Source: Spirochaetia bacterium
GTDB lineage: Bacteria; Spirochaetota; Spirochaetia; UBA9216
DNA length: 64,000 bases
Direction: 5' to 3'
Assembly (NCBI GenBank): GCA_963675665.1
Contig: OY776510.1
Location: 4,672,001-4,736,000, forward strand
Shown one piece after another: positions 9,863 to 18,993 of this stretch (positions are counted from its first letter, which is position 1; the number at the start of each line of letters is the position of its first letter). The notes beneath the pieces are model-generated. The model saw only the letters and a program-made list of their open reading frames with translations. It searched no databases and had not been told where the DNA came from. The translations under genes were made by a program, and so were the position numbers.

Positions 9863-10079
9863 CTTATTCCTCCTCGATTTTTCAAGGAGAATAATGCATT
9901 TTCAGTTTTTCGCAAGAAGGCAAGAATTACCGCTTACAAACAAAGTACTGATAAAAGCCTATTGTACGCTCAATATTTAAATTTATATTGCCTTAAAAGA
10001 AGCTTAATAAATATCAGTAATGAAGTGATTCAAAGACAGAGTCACCTGTCCCACTTCACGACAAACCTAACAATGCACA

Positions 10080-10133
10080 GTCGCCAACTTCACATTGTTT
10101 CCGTGTGTCTTTACTGAATCAACTGAATTCATT
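10080..10133 (+). repeat. Island intergenic repeat, copy D (left half only)
   Basis: GTCGCCAACTTCACATTGTTTCCGTGTGTCTTTACTGAATC aligns ungapped with copies A-C. Confidence 0.65.
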
Positions 10134-10182
10134 GAACAGATAAAAATACAGGGAAAAACAAAGGCGTTGCTATACTCTTAAT

Positions 10183-11415
10183 CTATTCGCCGAGATGACG
10201 GCTGATAATCTTTGTATTGTCGAGCAGCGAGCTTAACGAATTACCGTGATGGACCCTTGATATGGTCCGGGCAAACAGTTCGCTTATACATGCGGATACG
10301 TACCATTCACGGCCGAGAACCTCGTCAGTATGATAAACAGCGTTTGTTCCGATTATAGTGTCGAACAGTCCTTTCTGATATGCATCTTCAAAGCTGTCTA
10401 CAGCATTGCCGGTAAACAGCGGAAGACTGACGGCACAGATTATCTTTTCAGCGCCTTCCTTTTTCAGCATTTCCATGGCTTTTATCAGTGTACCGCCGGT
10501 GCCCAGCATATCATCAGCCATAAAGACAGTTTTGCCCTTTACATCGCCGAGCAGCCTCATGTTTGTAATGTTATTTGATGCTGCGTCCGAACTTACCCTG
10601 GAGTAATCACGTTCCTTATAGATCATGGCAAGCGGTTTCTTGAGTGTTCCCGCAAAAAACTTGTTTCTGTCTATTGCTCCCGTATCCGGCGAAACAACAA
10701 CCAGATCGTCGCTTTCCAGATCAACAAGCTCGCTGAGCTCGCGTATAATCTGGTAAGACGCGTGAAGGTTCTCGAGATGAAGCTTGCTGAAGGTCATTTC
10801 TATTGCTTTTGAGTGTATGTCAAGCGTAATGATCCGTGAAACTCCCATCTGCTCACAGGTCCTGCCGAACCATGAAGCGGTCAGACCTTCGCGGCCCTTC
10901 TTTTTATGCTGACGGCTGTACGGATATAACGGAACAACAATCGTTACGCTTCTGGCGCCGGCACCTATAACCGCGTCAATTGTTGTAAAAAGAAGCATCA
11001 TGTGATCATTAACTGACATGGATACAGGCTTTCCGTCATTATTAATATCCATCGGGTAATGATTGCCTGGGTCCTGGATAAGATAAATATCCATATCCCT
11101 GATGGACAGCTGTATTTCTGATTTCACTTCGCCGTTTGCGAAACGTGTAAACTTTACTGGCACCTGATATGCAGGGGCTTTATACTTTGTCACATCCTTT
11201 GCACGGTGGCCTTTTCTGGAAGTCAGTTCATTTACAAAATTTATATTTTTTATTACTTCTTCCCGGGTATAATCATATCTCGACACAAGAGAGTCGGCCG
11301 TCTTCTTATAATACTTCAGGTAGATAGATTTTAGATCTGAAATTATCTCATTAGTAATCTTTTCAGCTCCCGGACATGCAATAATACCCAAGAGAGATGA
11401 ACGCGTAAATACCAT
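10183..11415 (-). CDS. prs: Ribose-phosphate pyrophosphokinase (long spirochaete type)
   Basis: RFANGE, YPYSRQH, TLDIH, VSPDTG, DDMLGTGGT PRPP-binding loop. Confidence 0.93.
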   Translation of the reverse strand: MVFTRSSLLGIIACPGAEKITNEIISDLKSIYLKYYKKTADSLVSRYDYTREEVIKNINFVNELTSRKGHRAKDVTKYKAPAYQVPVKFTRFANGEVKSEIQLSIRDMDIYLIQDPGNHYPMDINNDGKPVSMSVNDHMMLLFTTIDAVIGAGARSVTIVVPLYPYSRQHKKKGREGLTASWFGRTCEQMGVSRIITLDIHSKAIEMTFSKLHLENLHASYQIIRELSELVDLESDDLVVVSPDTGAIDRNKFFAGTLKKPLAMIYKERDYSRVSSDAASNNITNMRLLGDVKGKTVFMADDMLGTGGTLIKAMEMLKKEGAEKIICAVSLPLFTGNAVDSFEDAYQKGLFDTIIGTNAVYHTDEVLGREWYVSACISELFARTISRVHHGNSLSSLLDNTKIISRHLGE

Positions 11416-11519
11416 AGAAACCACCAGAATTTGATAGCTGACTGTAACATATTGTTCCTGTAGTTTTCAATACAGGGAAGAAAATAATTCCCATATTCAT
11501 ATTGCGAATCAGTATCTGC

Positions 11520-11695
11520 GGATGGTTCGATGCATAACAAACCAACAAGAATTATTTCTTTATGCAGTAATGCTTAAAATCGGCAGTATTTGAATTGCTC
11601 CATGGATGTTTCAATGTATAACAAACCAATAAGAATAAACACTTCGTGCAGTGAAGTTTAAAGTCGGCAGTATTTGAATTACTCCATGGATGTTA
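11520..11695. repeat. Imperfect 84-bp tandem repeat (2 copies plus start of a third)
   Basis: Units begin GGATG at 11520, 11604, 11688; shared ATAACAAACCAA.AAGAAT and TCGGCAGTATTTGAATT.CTCCATGGATG. Confidence 0.85.
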
Positions 11696-11760
11696 CGAAA
11701 GCAGCAATCTGCAACTGTCTGCTTCTCCAGGCAGTATTTGAAAGTATTTCGAATACTGCA

Positions 11761-11801
11761 GAGGAATTCTCTTTAATTCTTTGAATTAAAGAGAATTCCT
11801 C
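11761..11801. repeat. Perfect 19-bp inverted repeat with 3-nt loop
   Basis: GAGGAATTCTCTTTAATTC-TTT-GAATTAAAGAGAATTCCTC. Confidence 0.9.
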
Positions 11802-11845
11802 CCTTTACATATTATTAGATTGCTGTTAGAAAACTAATATAGATT

Positions 11846-13516
11846 ATGATTATATATGCTATTTTAAAGATTGCAGGTAGCCTTGGCCTTTTTCTCTACG
11901 GCATGAAGGCGATGAGTGACGGAATTCAGAAGACCGCCGGAGACGGTCTGCAAAAAGTTCTGAATTACATGACTATCAACCGGTTTGCAGCGGCATTAAC
12001 CGGATTCGTTGTTACTGCGCTGGTACAGTCGTCATCTGCAACAACCGTAATGGTCGTATCGTTTGTTAATGCGGGGCTTCTTTCATTGACACAGGCCATC
12101 GGCGTCATAATGGGGGCCAATATCGGTACAACCGTTACAGGCTGGATAGTGGCTCTTATAGGGTTTAAATTCAGTATTGTTACCATCGCGCTGCCGGCCA
12201 TCGGCCTCGGCCTCCCGCTGATATTTTCTAAAAGACTCGGCAAGCAGGATCTTGGAGAAGTCTTAATCGGATTCGGCATTCTCTTTCTGGGTCTTGATTT
12301 TCTTAAAGATTCGGTGCCGGACATCAAGAGTCACCCCGAGTATCTCGAGTTCCTGGCAAGATTTGCAGACTGGGGTTTCCTGTCTTTTCTTGTCTTTGTT
12401 GCAGTCGGAACATTGCTGACGGTAATCATACAGTCTTCATCGGCATCAATGGCAATCACCCTTACAATGGCATACTCCGGATGGATTGACTACCACACAG
12501 CAGCCGCTGTAATAATCGGATCTAATATCGGAACAACCATCACCGCCTACCTTGCGGCCATAGGAACAAATACAAACGCTAAACGCGCTTCAAGGGCCCA
12601 TATTCTGTTTAATATTTTCGGCGCAATACTTATTTCAATTGTCTACGCCCCTTTTCTAAAACTCGTAGACATGATTGTTCCCGGAGATCCGACTATGGGG
12701 GCCGGCATACCTGAACATCTGGCTATGTTTCATACCCTTTTCAATATCGCAAATACAGCCCTGTTTATCTGGTTTATTCCCCAATTTGCCAGGATTGTTG
12801 AAAAGCTTGTTCCGGAAACCAAAGATGATTTTGATCTGAAATATGAATTTAAATACATATCAACGGGAATTCAGGATACTGCCGAGATAAATCTTATGAG
12901 GGCGAAATCTGAAATATCCAAGATGGCCGGAATAAACAGGGAGATGTTCAGTATATTCCTGTCGATTTTCGGAAAGCCGGATAAAAAGCTGGGAAAAGAA
13001 GTTCGAAAACTGAAGGATATGGAAGACTTCACCGATCAGATGCAGGAACATATTACCGCTTATCTTATCGAATGCGCATCAGAAGGTCTGAATGAAGACG
13101 GGATGAGAACTTCAACCGGAATGATACGTATTGTAAACGAGCTTGAAAGCATCGGAGACAGCTGCTACAACCTTATCCTGCTGTCCGAACGCCGTTATAA
13201 CAAGGAATTGCCAATCCCGAAAGAAGCGCTTGACGCGCTGAAACCAATGTCCGGAACGGTAACCGAATTTCTGGAATTCATTACAACAAAAGTCGACCAC
13301 AGCTTTACCGATGTTGAAATGGAACAGGCAAACAAGCTTGAAACCAGGGTAGACGAACAGAGACGCAGCCTCAGGAAAAAATCCAGGAAAAGACTACAGA
13401 CCGGCTCCGATGTGAAAGCGGAACTTCTTTATCTCGACGTAGTCAAGCATCTTGAGCATATCGGCGATTACGCGCTGAATATTGCGGAAGCGTTGAGACA
13501 GATCTACCAGGATTAA
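11846..13516 (+). CDS. Na+/phosphate cotransporter family protein with PhoU-like C-terminus
   Basis: Two QSSSA repeats, GANIGTT/GSNIGTT, LESIGD/LEHIGD. Confidence 0.92.
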   Translation: MIIYAILKIAGSLGLFLYGMKAMSDGIQKTAGDGLQKVLNYMTINRFAAALTGFVVTALVQSSSATTVMVVSFVNAGLLSLTQAIGVIMGANIGTTVTGWIVALIGFKFSIVTIALPAIGLGLPLIFSKRLGKQDLGEVLIGFGILFLGLDFLKDSVPDIKSHPEYLEFLARFADWGFLSFLVFVAVGTLLTVIIQSSSASMAITLTMAYSGWIDYHTAAAVIIGSNIGTTITAYLAAIGTNTNAKRASRAHILFNIFGAILISIVYAPFLKLVDMIVPGDPTMGAGIPEHLAMFHTLFNIANTALFIWFIPQFARIVEKLVPETKDDFDLKYEFKYISTGIQDTAEINLMRAKSEISKMAGINREMFSIFLSIFGKPDKKLGKEVRKLKDMEDFTDQMQEHITAYLIECASEGLNEDGMRTSTGMIRIVNELESIGDSCYNLILLSERRYNKELPIPKEALDALKPMSGTVTEFLEFITTKVDHSFTDVEMEQANKLETRVDEQRRSLRKKSRKRLQTGSDVKAELLYLDVVKHLEHIGDYALNIAEALRQIYQD

Positions 13517-14877
13517 ATAAGCTCCACATCATCTCCGGCAAGGGCTGTTACCGCTTTCAGCAGGACAGTTTTTGCCGATGATGTTTTTTTAACAATATTT
13601 TCAAGCTCATGCTGCGCCGCGCCCAGGTTCAGGTTTCCGCCTGTTCCGGTAGAGGTTCTTGTCTCATTCACATCTTCAGGGTTCCGGCTGCCGAGCGATT
13701 CAAGGTTCAACCCAATCTCCCTGTATGCGTCGCGAAAACTTGCTCCTCCCACCACGAGTTCAACAGCTGCATCGGTGGCGTATATTTCAGGCGTAAATCC
13801 CTGGGCAAGCCTGTCGCGGTTAATCTGCAGCTTTGAGAATGTAAGCCCCATGATATCAATACACTGCGCCGCAAGCTCAAGACCGTTCATATAAGGTTCT
13901 TTTGTTTCCTGAAAATCACGGTTATAGCCGGACGGCAGCGAGCGGACAACCTGCTTGATGTTCATCACGTAACTGGATATGGTGGCCGATTTCGCCCGCA
14001 TTAATTCCAGGCCGTCGGGGTTTTTCTTCTGCGGCATGATGCTTGAACCCGTACAGAGTTCAGCAGGCAGGCTGAAGTATCCGAATTCCGGAAGTGAGAA
14101 AAGTATCAGGTCCTGGGCAATTGAACTCAGTATCAGCATGGTGTGTTCCACGGCATTCAGCACCAGGGAATCAAGCCTTCCGCGTGAATTGTTGACATAC
14201 AGCACGTTATTCTGAACCCTGGAAAAACCAAGCAGTTCCGCGGTCATTTCACGGTTCAGCGGAAGAGGCGTTCCGTAACTGGCAGCGGCGCCCAGCGGGC
14301 ACTGATCGATCAGGGAATAAACTGATTGAAGATTTTTCAGGCTGTCGATAATCTCTTCAGCCCACGCTCCGGCCCAGAGGCCAATGGTTGAAGGCATTGC
14401 AATCTGCATATGAGTGCGGCCGGGCATGGGGACATCACTGTTGCTTTCTGCAAAAGCAATAATGGATGATGCAAGGCCCGAACCTTTTTCGAGCAAACTC
14501 AGAACCGAAGCCCTGCTGTACATCCGCAGGGCTGTCTGCACCTGATCATTTCGCGAGCGGCCCGTGTGGATCTTTTTCCCGGCAGCTCCGGCGTTTACGG
14601 TAAGATAGTTTTCGATAGCGGTATGACAGTCTTCATCCGACTGCTTGATTGAGAAATTTCCTTCCTTAAAATCGCTTATTATCGCTTTCAGCGAATTTTC
14701 AAGTTTCTCAAGTTCCTCATCCGACAGGAGATCTATGGAATTCAGCATTCTGGCATGAGCAATAGAGGCTACACAATCCGGGATTATCAGCGCATTATCA
14801 AGAAGATAATCTTTTCCTACTGTAAACCGCTCAACAAGTTCATTAAGTTCATAATCTTTCTGCCATAATTTCGCCAT
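13513..14877 (-). CDS. argH: Argininosuccinate lyase
   Basis: HTGRSRNDQ, MPGRTHMQ, GSSIMPQKKNPD, GYNRDFQE. Confidence 0.96.
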   Translation of the reverse strand: MAKLWQKDYELNELVERFTVGKDYLLDNALIIPDCVASIAHARMLNSIDLLSDEELEKLENSLKAIISDFKEGNFSIKQSDEDCHTAIENYLTVNAGAAGKKIHTGRSRNDQVQTALRMYSRASVLSLLEKGSGLASSIIAFAESNSDVPMPGRTHMQIAMPSTIGLWAGAWAEEIIDSLKNLQSVYSLIDQCPLGAAASYGTPLPLNREMTAELLGFSRVQNNVLYVNNSRGRLDSLVLNAVEHTMLILSSIAQDLILFSLPEFGYFSLPAELCTGSSIMPQKKNPDGLELMRAKSATISSYVMNIKQVVRSLPSGYNRDFQETKEPYMNGLELAAQCIDIMGLTFSKLQINRDRLAQGFTPEIYATDAAVELVVGGASFRDAYREIGLNLESLGSRNPEDVNETRTSTGTGGNLNLGAAQHELENIVKKTSSAKTVLLKAVTALAGDDVELI

Positions 14878-14964
14878 TCCGGCCTCCTGTTTTTCAGTTA
14901 AAATGAATAATACTAAAAAGGAGGCTTAATTTCAACGGAATCGGCAAAATTGGCGCGGCCTGTT

Positions 14965-17541
14965 TTACTCGGCAGTAAATTCAAGCCCTGTTTCTCCCCT
15001 TGATACTTTGACCGTGTCGCCGTCCTTAATACGGCCCGACAACATCATTTTGGCCATAGGGTTCTGAATCAGATTCTGAATGGTACGTTTAAGCGGCCTT
15101 GCTCCGAAAGCCGGATCAAAACCCTGTTCGGCCAGAAACTCTTCCGCGTCTTCAGTAAACTGGAGCGTAATCTTTCTGTTCTCAAGCCGTTTTTTAAGGA
15201 TATTAATCTGAATATCGGTAATCTTTACTATCTGCTCCTTTCCAAGCCGCTTGAATGAGATTATTTCATCAATACGGTTAAGAAACTCCGGTTTAAAAGT
15301 TGATTTCATCAGCGCGTCTATCTGCGGCCTTACTACCGACGGATCATCCGACTGCAGCAGAAGATCACTTCCGATATTGCTTGTCATAATGATGATCGCA
15401 TTACGAAAATCCACTACCCTGCCCTGGCTGTCGGTAAGCCTTCCGTCGTCAAGAAGCTGAAGCAATATGTTGAAAACATCCGGATGGGCTTTCTCAATCT
15501 CGTCAAACAGGACAACCGAGTACGGGCGGCGCCGGACGGCCTCGGTAAGCTGGCCGCCCTCATCATAACCGACATATCCGGGAGGGGCCCCCACCAGTCT
15601 GGAAACAGCAAATTTCTCCATGTATTCGCTCATATCGATTCGCGTGAGAGCCTTTTCATCACTGAACAGAAAATCCGCCAGGGTTTTGGCAAGCTCAGTT
15701 TTGCCTACCCCTGTAGGACCTATGAATATAAACGAGCCGAGGGGCCGGTCTTCATCCGATATACCTGTCTTGTTTCGCCTTATTGCATCTGAAACCGCTT
15801 CAATTGCATCATCCTGACCGACAACCCGCGACTCAAGAATTTCTTCAAGCTTCAGATACTTTTCCATCTCGGATGCAAGCATCTTGGACACGGGGATTCC
15901 TGTCCAGGTGGACACAACCCTTGCAATATCCTCTTCTTCCACCTCTTCGCGCAGCAGGCTGTTGCCGGCCTGGAGTTCTTCAAGTTTAAGGCTCTTTGCA
16001 GCTATTTCGGCCTGTTTCTGGGGCACCAGTCCGTGCTTTATTTCGGCCGCCCTCTGAAGATTTCCTTCACGCTCGTTCCGGGCCTCTTCAACGCGCAGTT
16101 CTTCAAGTTCAGCCTTCAGATCACGGATTCCTTCGATAACCGATTTTTCATTCTTCCACTGCAGATGCATTGCATCGCGTTCTGTCTGTAGCCCCGACAG
16201 CTCCGAATTGATATGCTTTAACCGCTCTGCCGAGGCTTCATCGTCCTCGCGCGACAAAGCCTGCTTTTCTATGTTAAGCTGCAAAATCTTGCGTTCAATC
16301 TTGTCAAGTTCCGTAGGCTGGCTTTCAATTTCCATTTTCAACCGGCTTGCGGCCTCGTCGACAAGATCTATCGCCTTGTCGGGCAGAAAGCGCGATGTTA
16401 CATACCGGTCCGATAATACCGCGGCGGCAATAAGCGCTTCATCCTTGATTCTTACCCCGTGATGTACCTCATAACGTTCCTGAAGCCCCCTTAGAATTGA
16501 TATCGTATCTTCAACGGAAGGTTCTTTTGTGTACACCGGCTGAAAACGGCGTTCAAGCGCAGGATCTTTCTCTATGTGCTTGCGGTACTCATCAAGGGTT
16601 GTTGCGCCTATCGCATGCAGCTCACCGCGGGCAAGCGCCGGTTTGAGAAGGTTAGACGCATCTGTTGAGCCTTCTGCGGCCCCTGCGCCGACAAGGGTAT
16701 GCAGTTCGTCTATAAACAGAATTATCCGCCCCTCAGCTGCTGCTATCTCTGCTATTACAGCTTTCAGCCGCTCTTCAAATTCGCCGCGGAATTTAGCTCC
16801 GGCTATCATGGCCCCGAGATCAAGCGCAAGCAGTTTTTTATTTTTCAGGGAATCGGGAACATCTCCCGTTACTATTCTTCCTGCCAGACCTTCAGCAATC
16901 GCTGTCTTTCCGACCCCGGGCTCGCCTATCAGTACGGGATTGTTTTTGGTTCGCCTTGAAAGTACCTGCATTACTCGACGAATTTCCTCATCACGGCCGA
17001 TTACAGGATCGAGTTTACCGCGGCGGGCAAGCGCCGTCAGATCCTTGCAGAATTTATCCAGCACCTGGTATTTACCTTCCGGGTTCTGATCAGTCACGCG
17101 CTGATTGCCCCTGATTGACTGTAAAGCGTTCAATACCCCGTCGCGGGTTATTCCGTTTTTCCGGAGAACATCGGCTCCGGAAGTTTTTGTGCCCAGAATG
17201 CTAAGAAAGATATGTTCAGTGCTTACGTAATCATCTTTCAGCTTGTCTGCTTCCGCAGTTGCATTATTCAGCGTGTTGGCAAGATCGGGCGTAAGGCCCA
17301 CCTGGGCATTGCTGCCGTATACCTTGGGCAGGCTTTTGAGAACATTCTCAATATCGGCCAAAACCTTTCTTTTGTCCGCTCCAAGCGCATCCATCAATGG
17401 CGGAATTACTCCGTCCTCCTGTGCCATCAGCGCCTTCAAAAAATGAGGAATATCAATTCCGGAGTGACTATATGTGCGGGCTATGGAATCCGCTTCCTGC
17501 AGGGCTTCCTGCGCTTTAAGTGTAAATTTATCGTATCTCAT
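14965..17541 (-). CDS. clpB: ATP-dependent chaperone ClpB
   Basis: Two AAA+ modules ([16 protein letters not shown]), coiled-coil M domain, GARPLKR; start placed at MRYDKF. Confidence 0.97.
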   Translation of the reverse strand: MRYDKFTLKAQEALQEADSIARTYSHSGIDIPHFLKALMAQEDGVIPPLMDALGADKRKVLADIENVLKSLPKVYGSNAQVGLTPDLANTLNNATAEADKLKDDYVSTEHIFLSILGTKTSGADVLRKNGITRDGVLNALQSIRGNQRVTDQNPEGKYQVLDKFCKDLTALARRGKLDPVIGRDEEIRRVMQVLSRRTKNNPVLIGEPGVGKTAIAEGLAGRIVTGDVPDSLKNKKLLALDLGAMIAGAKFRGEFEERLKAVIAEIAAAEGRIILFIDELHTLVGAGAAEGSTDASNLLKPALARGELHAIGATTLDEYRKHIEKDPALERRFQPVYTKEPSVEDTISILRGLQERYEVHHGVRIKDEALIAAAVLSDRYVTSRFLPDKAIDLVDEAASRLKMEIESQPTELDKIERKILQLNIEKQALSREDDEASAERLKHINSELSGLQTERDAMHLQWKNEKSVIEGIRDLKAELEELRVEEARNEREGNLQRAAEIKHGLVPQKQAEIAAKSLKLEELQAGNSLLREEVEEEDIARVVSTWTGIPVSKMLASEMEKYLKLEEILESRVVGQDDAIEAVSDAIRRNKTGISDEDRPLGSFIFIGPTGVGKTELAKTLADFLFSDEKALTRIDMSEYMEKFAVSRLVGAPPGYVGYDEGGQLTEAVRRRPYSVVLFDEIEKAHPDVFNILLQLLDDGRLTDSQGRVVDFRNAIIIMTSNIGSDLLLQSDDPSVVRPQIDALMKSTFKPEFLNRIDEIISFKRLGKEQIVKITDIQINILKKRLENRKITLQFTEDAEEFLAEQGFDPAFGARPLKRTIQNLIQNPMAKMMLSGRIKDGDTVKVSRGETGLEFTAE

Positions 17542-17685
17542 GTGTTTAAGGTAATCAGACGGAACTTTCCCGTCAAATAAATTTTTCACAACTGTTTACA
17601 GCTTTGAAATGATTTTTATAGCGAACCGTCTTCAGAAATGAAATTTGTTGCTGACAATCCATTGCTTCTGTAATATCCTGAACTC

Positions 17686-18354
17686 ATGAAAAACCTGCTG
17701 CTGAATATTCTTCTGGCTGTTATTCCCGCCCTGCTTCTTGTATTTTATTTTTACAGGAGGGACAACCAGAAAAAAGAACCCGTAGGGCTGGTATGGAAAG
17801 TCTTTGTTATCGGGTTCTTTTCAGTATTTCCCGCAGTTATTATAGAAATGTTTCTAACCCCCCTGACATTTTTTTCAGGAACCCTTCAGAGCCTGTTTGC
17901 AAAAGCATTTATTGTTGCGGCGCTTGTAGAGGAAGGTATAAAACTTGCGGTTGTAAAACTTTATGTTTACAACAAGTCCGATTTTGACGAAATTACCGAC
18001 GGTATAACTTATACGATTACAGCAAGCATGGGATTTGCCTGTTTTGAAAACATTCTTTACAGCACCGGCGGAACCTCTACCGTACTGCTTCGGGCCGTTA
18101 CTGCCGTTCCTCTTCATGCAATAGCATCGGGAATAATGGGATATTACATCAGCTATGCCAAATTCAGCGGTACCAATACCATTATCAAGGGACTGCTGGC
18201 GGCGGTTCTCATACACGGCCTTTACGACTTCCTGCTGTTCACAAATACGGCCCTGGGTTTTCTTGTAATCCCTCTTCTGGTAATCGGGTGGATTATGCTG
18301 CAGCGGCGTCTTAAAAAAGCGCTTGCACTTGACCGAATGTCCGGAAGAAGCTGA
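17686..18354 (+). CDS. PrsW-family intramembrane metalloprotease
   Basis: KKEP, VEEGIK, GFACFEN, PLHA, IHGLYD motifs. Confidence 0.9.
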   Translation: MKNLLLNILLAVIPALLLVFYFYRRDNQKKEPVGLVWKVFVIGFFSVFPAVIIEMFLTPLTFFSGTLQSLFAKAFIVAALVEEGIKLAVVKLYVYNKSDFDEITDGITYTITASMGFACFENILYSTGGTSTVLLRAVTAVPLHAIASGIMGYYISYAKFSGTNTIIKGLLAAVLIHGLYDFLLFTNTALGFLVIPLLVIGWIMLQRRLKKALALDRMSGRS

Positions 18355-18393
18355 GACTGATATGATAAATATGCAAAATGTATCTAAATCTTG

Positions 18394-18422
18394 TTGACAT
18401 AAATAATAAATATCATTATATT
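18394..18422 (+). promoter_or_regulatory. Sigma70-type promoter of tRNA-fMet
   Basis: TTGACA-17 nt-TATATT 12 nt upstream of the tRNA. Confidence 0.75.
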
Positions 18423-18434
18423 CTCTAAACACGA

Positions 18435-18507
18435 CGCAGGGTAGAGCAGCTGGCAGCTCGTCGGGCTCATAACCCGGAGGTCGCAGGTTCGAATCCTGTC
18501 CCTGCTA
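18435..18507 (+). tRNA. Initiator tRNA-fMet (CAT)
   Basis: Cloverleaf with C1:T72 mismatch and GGG/CCC anticodon stem (TCGGG-CTCATAA-CCCGG). Confidence 0.96.
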
Positions 18508-18514
18508 TAAATAG

Positions 18515-18550
18515 AGATTATTCGGTCTTTCCGGATAATCTCTTTTTTTT
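18515..18550 (+). terminator. Rho-independent terminator after tRNA-fMet
   Basis: AGAGATTATTCGG-loop-CCGGATAATCTCT followed by T-run. Confidence 0.8.
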
Positions 18551-18657
18551 GGCTTCGAAGCAGGATTCGAACCGCATGCTTTCCCGGTAGTGAAGTTTGG
18601 CGCAGATAAACTTCAAACTGAAACGCCGAAGGTGTTTCAGTCCCTGTCACCTGCTAT

Positions 18658-18697
18658 AAAAACGCTGATTAGGCTTTTGCCTGGTCAGCGTTTTTTT
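18658..18697 (+). terminator. Second terminator following a degenerate copy of the tRNA 3' end
   Basis: AAAAACGCTGATTAGGC-TTTT-GCCTGGTCAGCGTTTTTTT. Confidence 0.75.
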
Positions 18698-18707
18698 ATA
18701 CGCCGGG

Positions 18708-18868
18708 AGGATTCGAACTGAATGAGCGCGCGAAGCGGAAGTGAGGCCCGGATGCCGAACGCCGGCGAATGAGGCGGCTCGCCGAGCCTGCACTGCGTTT
18801 TACCCAACATTCCGCCTCAAAGCAGCACCGAAGGTACGATGCGGGCTCGGCGCCGGAGTTCGGATCCT
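18708..18868. repeat. GC-rich palindromic element bounded by tRNA T-arm-like inverted repeats
   Basis: Ends AGGATTCGAACT / AGTTCGGATCCT; internal stem GCCGAGCCTGCA...TGCGGGCTCGGC. Confidence 0.6.
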
Positions 18869-18993
18869 ACATCCATGTATTGCCGGCTACATTTATGTAG
18901 TACGATATCAATTAAATATCCTGAAATTCACTGAATATCCCTGTAAAAACCCGTTATTCGGTGTTGGCACTGATCTTGCATAAAAGACAGATT

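Larger units (their letters stand above)
7632..9937 (-). mobile_element. IS66-family insertion sequence, 2306 bp, apparently intact
   Basis: Terminal inverted repeats GTAAGCGGTAATTCTT (7632-7647 and 9922-9937); 8-bp target duplication AAACAAAG (7624-7631, 9938-9945); tnpA-tnpB-tnpC. Confidence 0.97.

Noticed and set aside
5045-10133. Canonical integron attC sites
   Set aside because: Only copy C has TAAC...GTTAG-like ends; there are no consistent R boxes, no long bottom-strand hairpin and no intI in the window
4408-10163. GGAAAAA(A)CAAAG at both island edges as attL/attR
   Set aside because: Short, A-rich and imperfect; likely chance
10183-11415. Prs length (about 410 aa) as an anomaly
   Set aside because: Long Prs proteins with an N-terminal insertion are, to my knowledge, normal in spirochaetes
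11520-11760. CRISPR array
   Set aside because: Only 2-3 units, the intervening segments are homologous rather than unique spacers, and no cas genes are present
17542-17685. CIRCE/HrcA heat-shock operator upstream of clpB
   Set aside because: No TTAGCACTC-N9-GAGTGCTAA match is visible
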